From: Octopus vulgaris
Lineage: Eukaryota
Length of the DNA: 64,000 nt
Assembly: GCA_951406725.2 (NCBI GenBank)
Contig: OX597817.1
Coordinates: 175,584,001 to 175,648,000, forward strand
Direction of reading: 5' to 3'
Part shown: in pieces, positions 13,878 to 27,797 of the stretch
How positions within the stretch are numbered: position 1 is the first letter of the stretch
Layout: every line of letters starts with the position of its first letter
Made by a program: the position numbers and the translations under genes
The notes under the pieces: generated by a model
The model's database searches: none
What the model was told of the DNA's origin: nothing
What the model saw: only the letters and a program-made list of their open reading frames with translations

Positions 13878-14686
13878 ATTATAATTGTTGCTGTTGCTGT
13901 TGTAGATTGTCTCAGACCACATTTGGTGAAGCAGATATATGAGGGAATCGCTCCAACTGTGATCAAATTATCTCATTTCTAGACAATTTATCCATGACCT
14001 CATCATCCATTGAATTCAGGTCTTAGTTGTGAGGAAGGGATTCGGCCGCTATTTCTAGCTGCTGAAGCAACCACCAAGAGGTTTTACTCGTTGACTCGTA
14101 ACAAGCTGTATTCGTTACTTTTTAGCTCCTGGACGGCCACTGGTCAGCACTTGGTCATTGAACAAAACCAGTTTATCTAGTATAAACATCCAGAACCCGA
14201 AACACTTTTCTAACGATCACAAATAAAACTGACATTAAACGTAGAAGTTCTTTTATTAATGAATAAATTAAGTTTTAAACTTCAGAAAAATATTTGTAAT
14301 TTCGTTACAAAAGCAGGAAGTTTTTATGCAGAAGTTTGAATAATTGTAATTTTCAGTAGAAATAATTAGATACGAACAGAAAAGAAAAAAAATATTAATG
14401 TTTATATTGTTAATAATGTATTTTTGTATTGATCTGTTGTTCGATGGGGGTCGAGAGTTTCTTTTTGTCATGTTTTCCCGTTTCTTTTCATTTAAATGAA
14501 TAAAATTTGTTTCTGAATTTTGCCTCTAACTATTTCCTGTAATTATGAAGTTGGTTCCTAGTCTGTTTTCGATGAATCGTTTCTTAAACAATGCGCGCTC
14601 ACACACAGCCATATGCACTCGTATGTAGTTGGGAAATAAATAGAGAGAGGAAAAGTTTATAATTATATATATATATATATACATAT

Positions 14687-14769
<83 letters not shown>

Positions 14770-15671
14770 CGCATACACATAAACATATATACATACATTC
14801 ATAAGTGCATATTTTAAGTATGCGCATATATATGTTTGTATGCATGTGTGTATGTATACGTATATGTATGTATCTATACATGTAAATGCATGAATATATG
14901 TCTGTGCTCATGTGATATACACGCACACACAAACACAGACACACATACACACGTGTGAGACACACATATACATACAAGTACATATACTACATACACACGC
15001 ACGCACACATGCATACACATATGTATGTAGATATAGATGGATAGATAGATACAAACATTAATATTAAATATGCGCAAAAGTGTGTAGGAGAGACGGGAAA
15101 GGAAACAAATATTGGCTCCCTAAAATTTGAATTTCCGTTCTTTAAATCGTGACATCCGTTTCAAAATACGGTGTCATCTTTACAATAAGAAATACGAGAA
15201 GTTTATTTAATTTTTTTTTTACTGTTTTGTATTTGTTTTCCTATTTCTTTTCTATTTGTTCAGCAAAAATCATGTACTTCATTTTCTCTTTGCACCACCA
15301 GTAATAATTTTCCACGCTGAAACGGGTTGCAATAGTACAATCTTCTTTGGAGGTTTTGTAGTGAAGTGTTCTTTAAAGGAATTTAAACTCGGAATTGAAA
15401 CCGTGCCGGGAATGGACACTTCATGTACATTACCTCATGCATCATAGGAGCATTAAGGTCTCTCTTTTTACAGAAGACGAACAAATAGAAAACCAAATAA
15501 AATGTCTTTGCTTCCCAATCAGCATGAACAAAGTGAAAGCAATGAAGGAGTGTTTATGCGGTCGCGCTGCATACTAGAAATAGCAACCAAGTATCCAGCA
15601 AATAGCACATTACAGAGTCTTCTAAAAGAAGGGTTCATTGTATAATCTTGTCACAGATACACAATCTAGAA

Positions 15672-15995
15672 CAGTGGTTTTCAACCTATTTTCATCTATG
15701 GACCCGTCTGGTTGCAATTTTATTCTGGTGGAGCCCGTAGCCATTCAATGCTTAAAAACTAATTTTAAAGAAACTTCTTTCAAAATTCCAAATTTAGTCT
15801 TCCCACATTAATATGTATAGGTTGAACCATGGAGAACGTCAGAGAATGGAACCTAGTTGTTTCTTGAAATAAATAAATCTAAAGCAGAAATTTTTCATGG
15901 AGTCTTAAAATATTAATATTTTGTTTGCGTGGACCCCCACCCCAAATCTTATGTGGACCCCTAGGAGTTTTATGGCAACCGTTTGAGAATAACTG
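15672..15995. mobile_element. hAT (Charlie-like) MITE
   Basis: TIRs CAGTGGTTTTCAA / TTGAGAATAACTG, with an 8-bp TSD ATCTAGAA / ATCTCGAA matching the NTCTAGAN Charlie target preference. Confidence 0.8.
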
Positions 15996-16112
15996 ATCTC
16001 GAAGATAATCGCTCTTTATCACAATTTTCAGCAAGTGCGATGAGATCTATGTTTCCCAGTTTAGTCTAATGTAACTGAAACTTGTTCGGGGTTGCATTTC
16101 GTAGTTGAAATA

Positions 16113-17103
16113 ATTCTTTTCTACTCTAGGTACAAGGTCCGAAATTTGGGGGGAGGTGCCAGTCGATTAGATCGACCCCAGTACGCAGCTGCTACTTAAT
16201 TTATCGACCCCAAAAGAAAGAAAGGCAAAGTCGACCTCGGCGGAATTTGAACTCAGACGAAATACCTATTTCTTTACTACCCACTGTGGGCTAAACACAG
16301 AGAGGACAAACAAGGACAGGCAAACGGATTAAGTCGATTATATCGACCCCAGTGCGTAACTGGTCCTTAATTTATTGACCCCGAAAGGATGAAAGGCAAA
16401 GTCGACCTCGGTGGAATTTGAACTCACAACGTAACGGCAGACGAAATACCTATTTCTTTATTACCCACAAGAGGCTAAACATAGAGGGGACAAGCAAGGA
16501 CAGGCAAACGGATTAAGTCGATTACATCGACCCCAGTGCGTAACTGGTCCTTAATTTATCGACCCCGAAAGGATGAAAGGCAAAGTCGACCTCGGTGGAA
16601 TTTGAACTCACAACGTAACGGCAGACGAAATACCTATTTCTTTATTACCCACAAGGGGCTAAACATAGAGGGGACAAGCAAGGACAGACATAGGTATTAA
16701 GTCGATTACATCGACCCCAGTGCGTAATTGGTAATTAATTTATCGACCCCGAAAGGATGAAAGGCAAAGTCGACCTCGGTGGAATTTGAACTCACAACGT
16801 AACGGCAGACGAAATACCGCTAAGCATTTCGCCCGGCGTGCTAACGTTTCTGTCAGCTCGCCGCCTTGTCAGACGAAATACCCATTTCTTTACTACCCAC
16901 AAGGGGCTAAACATAGAGAGGACAGACAAACGGATTAAGTCGATTATATCGACCCCAGTGCGTAACTGGTACTTATTTAATAGACCTCGAAAGGATGAAA
17001 AGCAAAGTCGACCTCGGTGGAATTTGAACTCAGAACGTAGCGGTAGACGAAATACCGCTGAGCATTTCGCCCGGCGTGCTAACGATTCTGCCAGCTCGCC
17101 ATC
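16113..17103 (-). mobile_element. Tandem multimer of family A SINE
   Basis: Core+tail unit repeated at ~184-bp period (16261, 16446, 16630), head at ~16815-16867, and a further full copy at 16877-17103. Confidence 0.85.
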
Positions 17104-17977
17104 TTCGTCGTTGAAATAATTAAAATACAATTAGTCATTGAATTAACGCTCTTCTGTCCTAACTATATTATTTGTAATTAATTTTTTGTCTTAATGTTCT
17201 GAATTTAACACATTCATCTCTACCTAAAAAAATCGATTACTATGGACTCCGGTGTCTCTAAGTAATCAAATTCAGGGTTTTGTATTCATGAGTAGTAAAA
17301 TGGTTTCTCTTAAGAATTTAATGGTGCACCGTTTGTATTTTAGGCGTTAGTTTCTTTGATCGATAAAGTAACATTTCTTGAGAAGTTGTGCAATCGCTAT
17401 ATATATATATAATAGATAATTATTTCGAGAGTTATTTAATAAATTTTATTTCAACCATGGAATAAACTTAAATTGTGATAAATTATTTTCAAATTTTATG
17501 AACATTTCTCTTCCTTTAATTTTTGTCTACTTAACAGAGTTATATTAATTACTTTTCTTTTCAAATTACATAATTTGTAATGAAGAAATAAACTACAACA
17601 GGAACGTTAGGAAATGATAATTTGTAAGTTTGAAGGAAATGTGGAGAGTTGCATCTACAGAATCGATGAAATCGATTCCAGTTCACCAATGCTATTAACT
17701 TTATCAAAGCTATTGGAATGTAAACTGCAACCCCGTGAGTAATCGATTGAACGCAGAACAAAACTAAATAAATAAAATAAAATAAAGATAAAAATAACGC
17801 AAGGGGAATAAATGAAATACTGTCAACAAAAAAGTGAAAACAAAGTCAATGACCGGAAGCAGGCAATTTGAGCTATTGCTCGTAGTTTGTTACATCGATT
17901 AGCTTATGACAATTATGTCATCTATCTAGCTAGCTAGCTGTCTCTCCTTGTTTGTTTTTCTCGCATGTTCTTGTGTG

Positions 17978-18016
<39 letters not shown>

Positions 18017-18274
18017 ATATATAATATATATTTATATATATGTATATGGTGACTGCTACTCGTAGTTCTTCGCCTTATCTGGTAAAAATAATTATTCTTT
18101 TCTAACGTGAGATTTTAACTGACTTTTGAGCCCTGAAAGTCATTTGAAGAGCTGATCACAAATACAGCGAATTTGACTCAAACTTTTAACAGCGCCCTAA
18201 ATCGTAGCTCTCCACGCTTCTCTATTTATCGCAAGTGGTTCAAAACTTTTGCAGCATAATCTAAAGCATATGTA

Positions 18275-18744
18275 TGTACACACACACACACACATGCACG
18301 TACGCTAACGTACACACACTCAGATACATACATATATAAACCTACAAACTCACAAACGCACACACACACACATATATATAAATACACTTATATACTCATA
18401 CACATACACACGCATGTACACACACGCACGTACGCAAACACACACACACTCACATACACACATATAAACCTACAAACTCACAGGCATACACACACACGCA
18501 CATACACACACACACACACATATATATATAAATACACTTATATACTCATAGAAACACACACGCATGTACACACACACACACGCACGTACGCAAATGCACA
18601 CACATTCACATACACACATATAAACCTACAAACTCACAAGCACACACACACACACACAAACATATATATAAATACACATACACTTATATACTCATAGAAA
18701 TACACACGCACGTACACACACGCACGCAAACACGCACACACACT

Positions 18745-18782
<38 letters not shown>

Positions 18783-18840
18783 AACCTATACACTCACAAA
18801 CACACAGACACACACATATATATATATAAACCTATACACT

Positions 18841-18872
<32 letters not shown>

Positions 18873-18932
18873 AACCTATACACTCACAAACACACAGACA
18901 CACACATATATATATATATAAACCTATACACT

Positions 18933-18964
<32 letters not shown>

Positions 18965-19000
18965 AACCTATACACTCACAAACACACACACACACAGAGT
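18275..19000. repeat. CA-rich compound minisatellite
   Basis: Recurring ATAAACCTA(C/T)A(A/C)ACTCACA motif between (CA)n/(TA)n runs. Confidence 0.8.
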
Positions 19001-19548
19001 CACATATATGTAGAAATCTACACACAAATAATTCATAGAAAGTAATACAAAAGACAATTAAACGCCAGGCAGTTTAGTAATCATACATGTCGCTTTCCGA
19101 TTATAGCATTTAATTGCGCTTCGAACATAACTCAGATAATCCTACTATTTGGGAGTCAAGCTTTACAGAAATGTGTCAATCCCAAGATGGTAACTGTACA
19201 GCATGAGCTACAACAAGCTTTATGCCAGAAGTCGAATCGATGCCTGATTAAAAATCAGTAAATACAGAATAACAGAACTATGGCCTTTGACTTGTCAACA
19301 AATGTTTTCGAGCTAACACGAAATAACAATATTGATTGTGATGGTAACAAGCTAAATATTTTCGGAGCCATTTAAATGTTATAAGTTCCAAATGTGATTA
19401 TTTCATATATCTTTAGGTCAAATAGATTGTTATTCATCTAAGCACTGCTTGTACTAAAGCCGTGTGTAGTGCTACGGCCCGTGAAGCATATGGCTAGAAT
19501 TATTATCTTCTTACATAATCATTAGACTCACACAAAAATTATGTGTCC

Positions 19549-19581
<33 letters not shown>

Positions 19582-19752
19582 TGTATGCAGGTATGTATGT
19601 ATGTATGTATGTATGTATGTATGTATGTATGTATGTATGTATGTATGTATGTGTGTATGTATGTATGTATGTATGTATGTATGTATGTATGTATGTATGT
19701 ATGTGGCTATGAGTATATAAGTGCATTTATATATATGTGGGTGTGTGTGTAT

Positions 19753-20154
19753 GTGGCTGTGTGGTAAGTAGCTTGCTTACCAACCACATAGTTCCGGGTT
19801 CAGTCCAACTGCGTAGTACCTTGGGCAAGTGTCTTTTACTATAGCCTTGGGCTGACCAAAGCCTTGTGAGTGGATTTGGTAGACGGAAACTGAAAGAATC
19901 CCGTCGTATATATGCATATATATATATGTATGTGTGTGTATATGTTTGTATATCTGCGTTTGTCTCCCCAACATCGCTTGACAACCGATGCTGGTGTGTT
20001 TATGTCCCCGTAACTAAGCGGTTCGGCAAAAGAGACCGATAGAATAAGTACTATGCTTTCAAAGAATAAGTTCTGTGATCGATTTGCTCGACTAAAGGCT
20101 GTGCTCCAGCATGGCCGCAGTCAAATGACTGAAATAAGTAAAAGAGTAAAAGAG
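19753..20154 (+). mobile_element. Family B SINE (CORE-like, internal microsatellite)
   Basis: GGCTGTGTGGTAAG head, GGTTCAGTCC B-box-like, CCTTGGGCAAGT CORE-like motif, AGTAAAAGAG tail. Confidence 0.85.
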
Positions 20155-20172
20155 GTATATATGTATGTGTGC

Positions 20173-20246
<74 letters not shown>

Positions 20247-20265
20247 ATATCTATCTATCTATCTA

Positions 20266-20309
<44 letters not shown>

Positions 20310-20572
20310 GATAGATAGATAGATAGATAGATATAGATATATATATACAGTATGTGTGTGTATGTATGTATCTATCTATCTGTCTCTCTCTATATATATA
20401 TATGTATGTATGCATGTATGTATGTATGTATGTATGTATGTATGTATGTATGTATGTATGTGTGCGTGTGTGTACGTGTGTGTCTAGCTATATATACATA
20501 CATATATACATACAAACGTACATGTAATCTCAAAATATGTGTATGTACTATGTTTATGCAGGGTATGTATAA

Positions 20573-20630
<58 letters not shown>

Positions 20631-20739
20631 TTATATATATATTCTATATACACACACATATCTTTTACCCTTTATCTTTTACTTGTTTCAGTCATTAGAC
20701 TCCATCCATATATATGTATATATATACATATATATATAC

Positions 20740-21150
20740 AGGAGTGGCTGTGTGGTAAGTAGCTTGCTAACCAACCACATGGTTCCGGGTTCAGTCCAAC
20801 TGCGTGGCATCTTGGGCAAGTGTTTTCTGCTATAGCCCCGGGCCGACCAATGCCTTGTGAGTGAATTTTGTAGACGGAAACTGAAAGAAGCCTGTCGTAT
20901 ATATGTATATATATATAAGTGTGTGTGTATAAGTTTGTGTGTCTGTGTTTGTCCCCCTAGCATTGCTTGACAACCGATGCTGGTGTGTTTACGTCCCCGT
21001 CACTTAGCGGTTCGGCAAAAGAGACCGATAGAATAAGTACTGGGCTTACAAAGAATAAGTCCCGGGGTTGATTTGCTCGACTAAAGGCGGTGCTCCAGCA
21101 TGGCTGCAGTCAAATGACTGAAACAAGTAAAAGAGTAAAGAGTAAAGAGT
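20740..21150 (+). mobile_element. Family B SINE
   Basis: Highly similar to 19753-20154. Confidence 0.85.
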
Positions 21151-23014
21151 ATATATATATAAAGATATATATATAGTATATATATATATATATATATATC
21201 AGAAACTAGCCAAGAGAAATAACTCACGTTTACCAAATCAATAATTTATGTCGTATGATATACGATATACCAGTAATTGTCTGTGTTGTTCATATACAGG
21301 CACCAAGCTACTCAGAGTTATTTGTCAAAGTTCATTTCCGTTTAATCTATGCAAATTACTAAATTATCTGAGCCATAAATATATTCTACTCATTTTTATA
21401 TGTCTTGGCTACTAGAGATAAGTTAGAACAATTGTATTACTGATGACACCTGTTGAGGCAGAAACGTGTGTCCACGACTCTATTTTTATCTCTAGACAAT
21501 AAATGTTTTCTTTTCTTTAATGGCATAACAAATTTGGGGAAGTTTTTTTATTCTTGATATCATACCCTTTCTCATAGCTGTTCGCAATTGCGATTTGGTA
21601 ATCGTGACACAACCTCCACAACTGGAAATTATTTTCAAATATCATGAATTTCTGTTGAATAGTATGTAGACGCATCTGACGGGGACCCAATAAGGCTCAA
21701 TAATCGATTAAGGCTGTTAGTAATTTTTCAAATTTACAGAGAAATAATTAAATTTGCCATATTTGTGTGTTTAGCACATAGGTTTGTAAGTGCATACCCA
21801 TACGCATACATACATGGACATTAGTGTGTGTGTGTGGAACGTGTATTGAAAATACGACTGTCTTCTAACTTTATTCATCCTTAGGGGATTTTGACATACT
21901 TTTCATGAGTTTCTTTGCAGTTTGTTTGGAACAGTAAAGCTCTCAAATTCCTCACCAACGTTCCTAACCTTCATAGACTCATCTTCTGGATGAACAGATG
22001 TTGGTGTATGCTGCTGTCTTTTTATAGAAGGCGTGGCCTATATGAGATATGTAGTCATTACCTCCTCAATTTAAATTGTGACTGTTAGGTCAATATTTCA
22101 GCAGCCATGTGTTTATTTTTGTTTGTGACTAATATGTGCCATGCGTGCAATTTTTAATCATTGTGTTATGTTGAGATTACTGTTCCCATCATTAATTGTC
22201 TATTTTTAAGGAGAATTCTGTTTAGTACATATTTGATATCTACTACACATTTTCTTGTGTTGCCTACTAAAGAGTGTTACAAGTGGCAACATTAATTGTT
22301 CCTTAAGATGAACCTATGAAGATGACGGTCTAGAAACATTGGTTGATGATAGATTTAGGAACTGCATTGTTAATAATATACTGCAAAGGAAGCTCACAAA
22401 AGTATGAAAATTGAACCAGAAAAGTCGTTCATAAATGTGTCAGTGTGCTTGTGTGTGCTTTAAATTGTTTAAAATAAAAGCTTGGCAAGCAGTTAACGAA
22501 GCAACAGCCTAAGCAGTTCAGATATTGAATCTCGAACTTCGCCAGCCTCCCTTCGCGGCATATTGTTAGGATATTGATGAAGTAGTAGAAGGTAGAGGAG
22601 AATCACTTACAGATTGTAATAGACGACGACTTCTACTACCTTCGTCACAAATGAGGTGAATATAATATATTTGCACAGGTAGGTGTGTGTGTCTATATAT
22701 TCTTGGCTAGTAAAAAATACAATTTGTTGTCTCCAAGCATTTCGTTAACAATAGGTTTGCTAATAATTCACGTGGAAGAAAACACAATGTCTCGAAATGG
22801 GGTAATAGTTACAAATGGAATGTTCTCCGTGGAAACATAATGAACAAAACGATGAAAACTCACCATCTCTTCCCTCCCTCCAACATCCCTCTCTCTCTCT
22901 CTCTCCATACACATATACACACATACATACACACGCACATACATACATACATACATACATATATACATACATATATACATACATGTATGCATACATACAT
23001 GCATGCATACATAT

Positions 23015-23045
<31 letters not shown>

Positions 23046-23079
23046 CATACATACATACATACATACATGCATACATACA

Positions 23080-23113
<34 letters not shown>

Positions 23114-23131
23114 CATACATACATACATACA

Positions 23132-23165
<34 letters not shown>

Positions 23166-23808
23166 CATACATATATGTATATATAGTATATATTCATATT
23201 TATCTATCTATCTGTCTGTCTGCCTAACTATACCCAAGAGAAAAAAAATTATGCTACTTGTAATACTTAAAAATTTGTGCTGTCCATGAAAATAGTTAAC
23301 TTGATGAAATGAGAAGTACGTACGTATGTATGTATGTATGTATGTATGTATGTATGTATGTATGTATGTATGTATGTATGTATGTATGTATGAATGTATG
23401 TATGTATGTATGTACGTATGTATGTATGTATGTATGTATGTATGTATGTATGTATGTATGTATGTATGTATGTATGTATGTATGTATGTATGTATGTATG
23501 TATGTATGTATGTATGTATCTATGTACGTATGTGTATATATTTATATACATATAGATAGATACCTACATACATACATAGAGGGATAGATATACATATAAA
23601 TTTACATATACATATATATGTGTATATCTATGCGTGTGTATATACATATATATGTATATATATATATATATGTTTGTGTGTGTGTATGTGTGTATGTATG
23701 TATGTATATATCTCTATATATTTATATATATATTATATCGTATTTTGCATACATACATATACATGTACATACACACACACACATAAGTATATGCATATAT
23801 ATATGATA

Positions 23809-23855
<47 letters not shown>

Positions 23856-24189
23856 TTTTGTCTATACAAATGTCTATATATGTATTACATACATGCATGC
23901 ATGTATACATACCTAACTACATACATACATACTAATTCTCGTACCCGTAAATTACGCCGTAAGATATTATGGTTATTCAAATTAAAATTTAATTTTTAGA
24001 TTTCATCGATTGATTTCCAGAATATTTTCAAGCTTTGAACATTTCCATTTTTTTCTTTTTTGGACCTGGGCGTACTTTTCCTGTCTGTATCAATGCCTTT
24101 TTTCATCGTTATCATTATTTTCTCTGCTGACATCAATATTTCTCATATTACCGAAATGGAAGCAATTAATGCTAATATTTCTTTAAATT

Positions 24190-25230
24190 AAGGGGGCGAG
24201 CTGGCAGAATCGTTAGCACGCCGAAAAAGTTGCTTTGCGGCATTTAGTCAGTCTTTACGTTCTGAATTCAAATTCCGCCGAGGTCGACTTTGCCTTTTAT
24301 CCTTTCGGGGTCGAAAAATTAAGTACCAGTTGCGACTGGTACCCCTCCCCTAAAATTTCGGGCCTTGTGTCTAGAGTAGAAATGAATATTTCTTTACATT
24401 AAAGAGGCAAGCTGGCAGAATCTTTAGCGCACCGCATAAAAAAATGCTTCGTGGCTTAGTCTGTCTTCACGTTCTGAGTTAAAATTCCGCCGAAGCTGAT
24501 TTTACCTTTCATACATTCGGGTTAGATAGAATAATTACCACTGGAGCACCGAAGTCTACGTAACCGGCCCTTATCCGAAAGTGCTGGCCATGTGCCAAAA
24601 TTAGAAATCATTATAAGTATTAATAAGGCGGTGTGATGACAGAATTGTGAGCCTGTCGAAGACTGCTTCGCGGCATTTCGTCCGCCATTATATTCTTTCG
24701 GGGTCGACGTACCAACTGAACACCGGGGTCGATGTAATCGACTACCCCCTTCCCCCAAATTTCAGATCTTGTACTTAGAGTAGAAAGGATTATTAATAAG
24801 GCGGCTGGCTGGCAGAATTGTTAGCATGCCGGGCGAAATGCTTAGCGGCATTTCGTCTGTCTTTTCACTCTGAGTTCAAATTCCACCGAGGTCGAGTTTG
24901 TTTTTCATCCTTTCAGGGTCGATAAATTAAGTTCCAGTGAAGCACTGATGTCGATGCAATTGACTAGTCACTTTCCTCAAAATTTCAGGCCTTTAGTAGA
25001 AAGAATTAATATTATTATTATTAAGGCAGTGAACCGGCAGGATTGTTAACAAAATACTTAGCGGCTTTTCATCTATTTTTACATTCTGAGTTTAAATTCT
25101 GTCGTGGTAGACCTAGCTTTTTATCCTTTCGGGTTCGTTTAAATAAGTACCAGCTGAACACCGGGGTCGATATAATCGACTAACCGCCTACCCCGATCTT
25201 GCCGGTCTTGTGCCAAAATTTGAAAACAAT
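24190..25230 (+). mobile_element. Cluster of ~5 diverged family A SINE copies, head to tail
   Basis: Heads AAGGCGG../CTGGCAGAAT at ~24190, 24400, 24625, 24798 and 25023. Confidence 0.75.
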
Positions 25231-25472
25231 CTTTCTTTAAATTCTTTAACATTCATTTTTTTTTAATTATGTTATTTTGTTGGGCCTCTTTAAAAGCTTT
25301 TATTAGAATTATGTCCCTTATTCCCAAGAACTTTACATAATTGATATATGATGCAATCGATAATCCATCTATGTGTGTGTGTGTTTTTGTCTTAGTGTTT
25401 GTATGTTTGTATATATGTGCGTGTGCGCTTGTGTGTGTTCGAGTATGTGTGCATAAACAGACATATACATGC

Positions 25473-25553
<81 letters not shown>

Positions 25554-25973
25554 TCCTTAAGGGATTTTGACATATCTTTCATGAGTTTCTTACTTTGCAG
25601 TTTGTTTGGAACGGTAAAGCTCTCAAATTCATATATACACACATACACACATAAATTCAGAATTTGAGGAAGCAATATCCTCGTCAGGGATTATTAAAAA
25701 CAATCCGGATACCAACTGGGTTTAGCCAAATATATCAATAGAAACTTCCTCAATATATATGTATAAACAGTGTCGTAAGATTAAAAAGTCAATAAATGAA
25801 AATGTAGAAGAGAAATTAAAAATGTGCATGGTTCACCTATTTGTATTATAATTGGAAAACTAATGCAAATTAAGAGAATAAATATATACCAATATGAACA
25901 AGTATAACTTGCACGTTAATTTCACGAGCAGGCTGGAACACTCGTCGTTGTAACCGTCGTTGTAAAATACATA

Positions 25974-26719
25974 CGAGGTCTGATCAATAAGTATCTGGAC
26001 TGTTGTCATAGTAACAAAACTGACGAATGCAGAGTAAAGAGGTTTGGCACAGATTGACCTTAATCACTGCTGTGCATGTGTACTGGGTTTTAACGTTCTT
26101 GCTCTCTTCTACTGTTTATACTAGTGCTTGGAAGGAACGTGCGTAGCATGTGATCGTCACATTGACCATGTCAGAGGAAGTTGTCATGGCGAGACCCGCA
26201 ACCAGCAGAACTGAAAAAACATCGCAGATATGAGGATAAATCGTCGAATTATCATACGTTATTTATCAAAGGAAATGCAGATAAGTTACGGTTCAGTTCA
26301 GTCCATTATCACTGAAGATTTGGGTATGAGACTTGTATCTGTCACGTTTGTGCCAAAACTGCTTTCAGATGACGAAAAAGAATCTCGAGTTTCAGTTGCA
26401 CAAGATCTCCTTGATTATGTCGAGAACGATGAAAAGTGTTTGAAAACTGTGTAGGCTACTGAGCAGGTATCGCCAAGATTTTGGGAAAAATTTGATGCAG
26501 ATTCTCTGCTCAACTTTCTCTATCATGGTCAATGCGACGATCACACGCTACACACGTTCATTCTAAGACATACTGTAAACAGCGGATGTGAGATAGGACG
26601 TTAAAACTTAGTGCGCATGCGCAGCAGAGTTTAAGGTCAATTTGTGTCAAGCGGCTTTACACTGCGTGCTTTAGCTTCGTTACTATGACACCAGTCTGCA
26701 AACTTATTGATCAGACCAC

Positions 26720-26720
<1 letters not shown>
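25974..26720 (+). mobile_element. Mariner-derived MITE with ~200-bp TIRs
   Basis: TA-CGAGGTCTGATCAATAAG..ATTGACCATG / CATGGTCAAT..CTTATTGATCAGACCACG-TA. Internal fragment NRRIIIRYL..ISYGSVQSIITEDLGMRLVSVTFVPKLL is a mariner HTH/WVP region. Confidence 0.85.
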
Positions 26721-26794
<74 letters not shown>

Positions 26795-26955
26795 TGAGAA
26801 AGTTGGTTTGTGAAAGCACGTGGTTGAATATATAGAAAATAGTAAAAATGAAAAAACTACAGAAGGCTTGTTTTAAAAGGTTAAAAAATATATATTTGAG
26901 TCAATATGTCTGAAGAATATTATAAATTTTTTTCTCTTACAATGACATAGTTTAG

Positions 26956-26995
26956 AAGAAATGACCGGTTTCGCGTTCAGCTTTTCAAATTTCTT
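26956..26995 (-). ncRNA. Minimal HHR, U3-A8 variant
   Basis: Reverse complement reads aagaaat-TTGAAAA-gc tgaac gc-GAAA-ccgg-TC-atttctt. Confidence 0.75.
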
Positions 26996-27305
26996 ACATC
27001 GTTATGTTTATGATACCTTTTAGTGAGCACATTGAGAAATGCGCAAAGCAACTACTACCACAATTTTTAATCTTTCCATTTTACCAATGTGCTATCGGAA
27101 CACCAACACAAATTAGACTAAACAAGGAAACATTCTTCATTGAAAAGTACAAGGCCAGACTTAACCATTCCAACATACTTATACAGAGAAATTCACTCCA
27201 AAGGAAAGACAAAAAAATTTTAAGCGATTATCTCCCTTACACCGGAAGAAATCACTTATTACCTCCCCTTATCCAGAACTCTTCCCAACATAAACATAAC
27301 GATGT

Positions 27306-27345
27306 AAGAAATTTGAAAAGCTGAATGCGAAACTGGTCATTTCTT
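27306..27345 (+). ncRNA. Minimal HHR, U3-A8 variant, in the PLE 3' pLTR
   Basis: aagaaat-TTGAAAA-gc tgaat gc-GAAA-ctgg-TC-atttctt with a 7-bp stem I. Confidence 0.75.
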
Positions 27346-27462
27346 CTAAACTATGTCATTGTAAGAGAAAAAAATTTATAATATTCTTCAGACATATTGA
27401 CTCAAATATATATTTTTTAACCTTTTAAAACTAGCCTTCTGTAGTTTTTTCACTTTTTACTA

Positions 27463-27499
<37 letters not shown>

Positions 27500-27521
27500 G
27501 TTTATTTTCATAAAGCTCCCG

Positions 27522-27568
<47 letters not shown>

Positions 27569-27650
27569 GGTCCCGGGTTGATTCGGGTTAACCACAGTAA
27601 ATAAGGTACTCAATACATAGCAGAGTAAAATTAATTTATTATATAGAAGG

Positions 27651-27701
27651 AGCTTCTACAGAACTAGAACTGTTTCATTCAAGAGAAATCATCAGGTAGC
27701 T
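27651..27701 (-). ncRNA. Type I HHR (mirror copy)
   Basis: Reverse complement reads agctac-CTGATGA-tttctcttgaat-GAAA-cagttctagttctg-TA-gaagct, with one stem I mismatch. Confidence 0.75.
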
Positions 27702-27748
27702 TCCTGATGATTTCTCTTGAATGAAACAGTTCTAGTCCTGTAGAAGCT
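27698..27748 (+). ncRNA. Canonical type I HHR
   Basis: agcttc-CTGATGA-t ttc tctt gaa t-GAAA-cag ttctagtc ctg-TA-gaagct with a 6-bp stem I and 3-bp stem III. Confidence 0.85.
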
Positions 27749-27759
27749 CCTTCTATATA

Positions 27760-27797
<38 letters not shown>

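Larger units (their letters stand above)
26792..27467 (+). mobile_element. 5'-truncated Penelope-like element with inverted pLTR (copy 1)
   Basis: Inverted pLTR at 26792-27010, then the GIY-YIG C-terminus (MIPFSEHIEKCAKQ..RLNKETFFIEKY), then a sense pLTR ending at tactattttc-(TC)n. Confidence 0.85.
27567..27764. mobile_element. (TA)n-flanked palindromic cassette with back-to-back HHRs
   Basis: Near-perfect palindrome 27635-27764 centred on AGCT (27698-27701), with the left arm extended ~70 nt. Confidence 0.8.

Noticed and set aside
21433-21480. CTGATGA-cacctgttgaggca-GAAA-cgtgtg-TC HHR-like core
   Set aside because: Core and stem II are plausible, but stem I does not pair. Possibly a decayed HHR, not counted.
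21875-22260. Segment shared with ~25552-25630, possibly a LINE relic
   Set aside because: Only ~75 bp shared and no diagnostic protein motif
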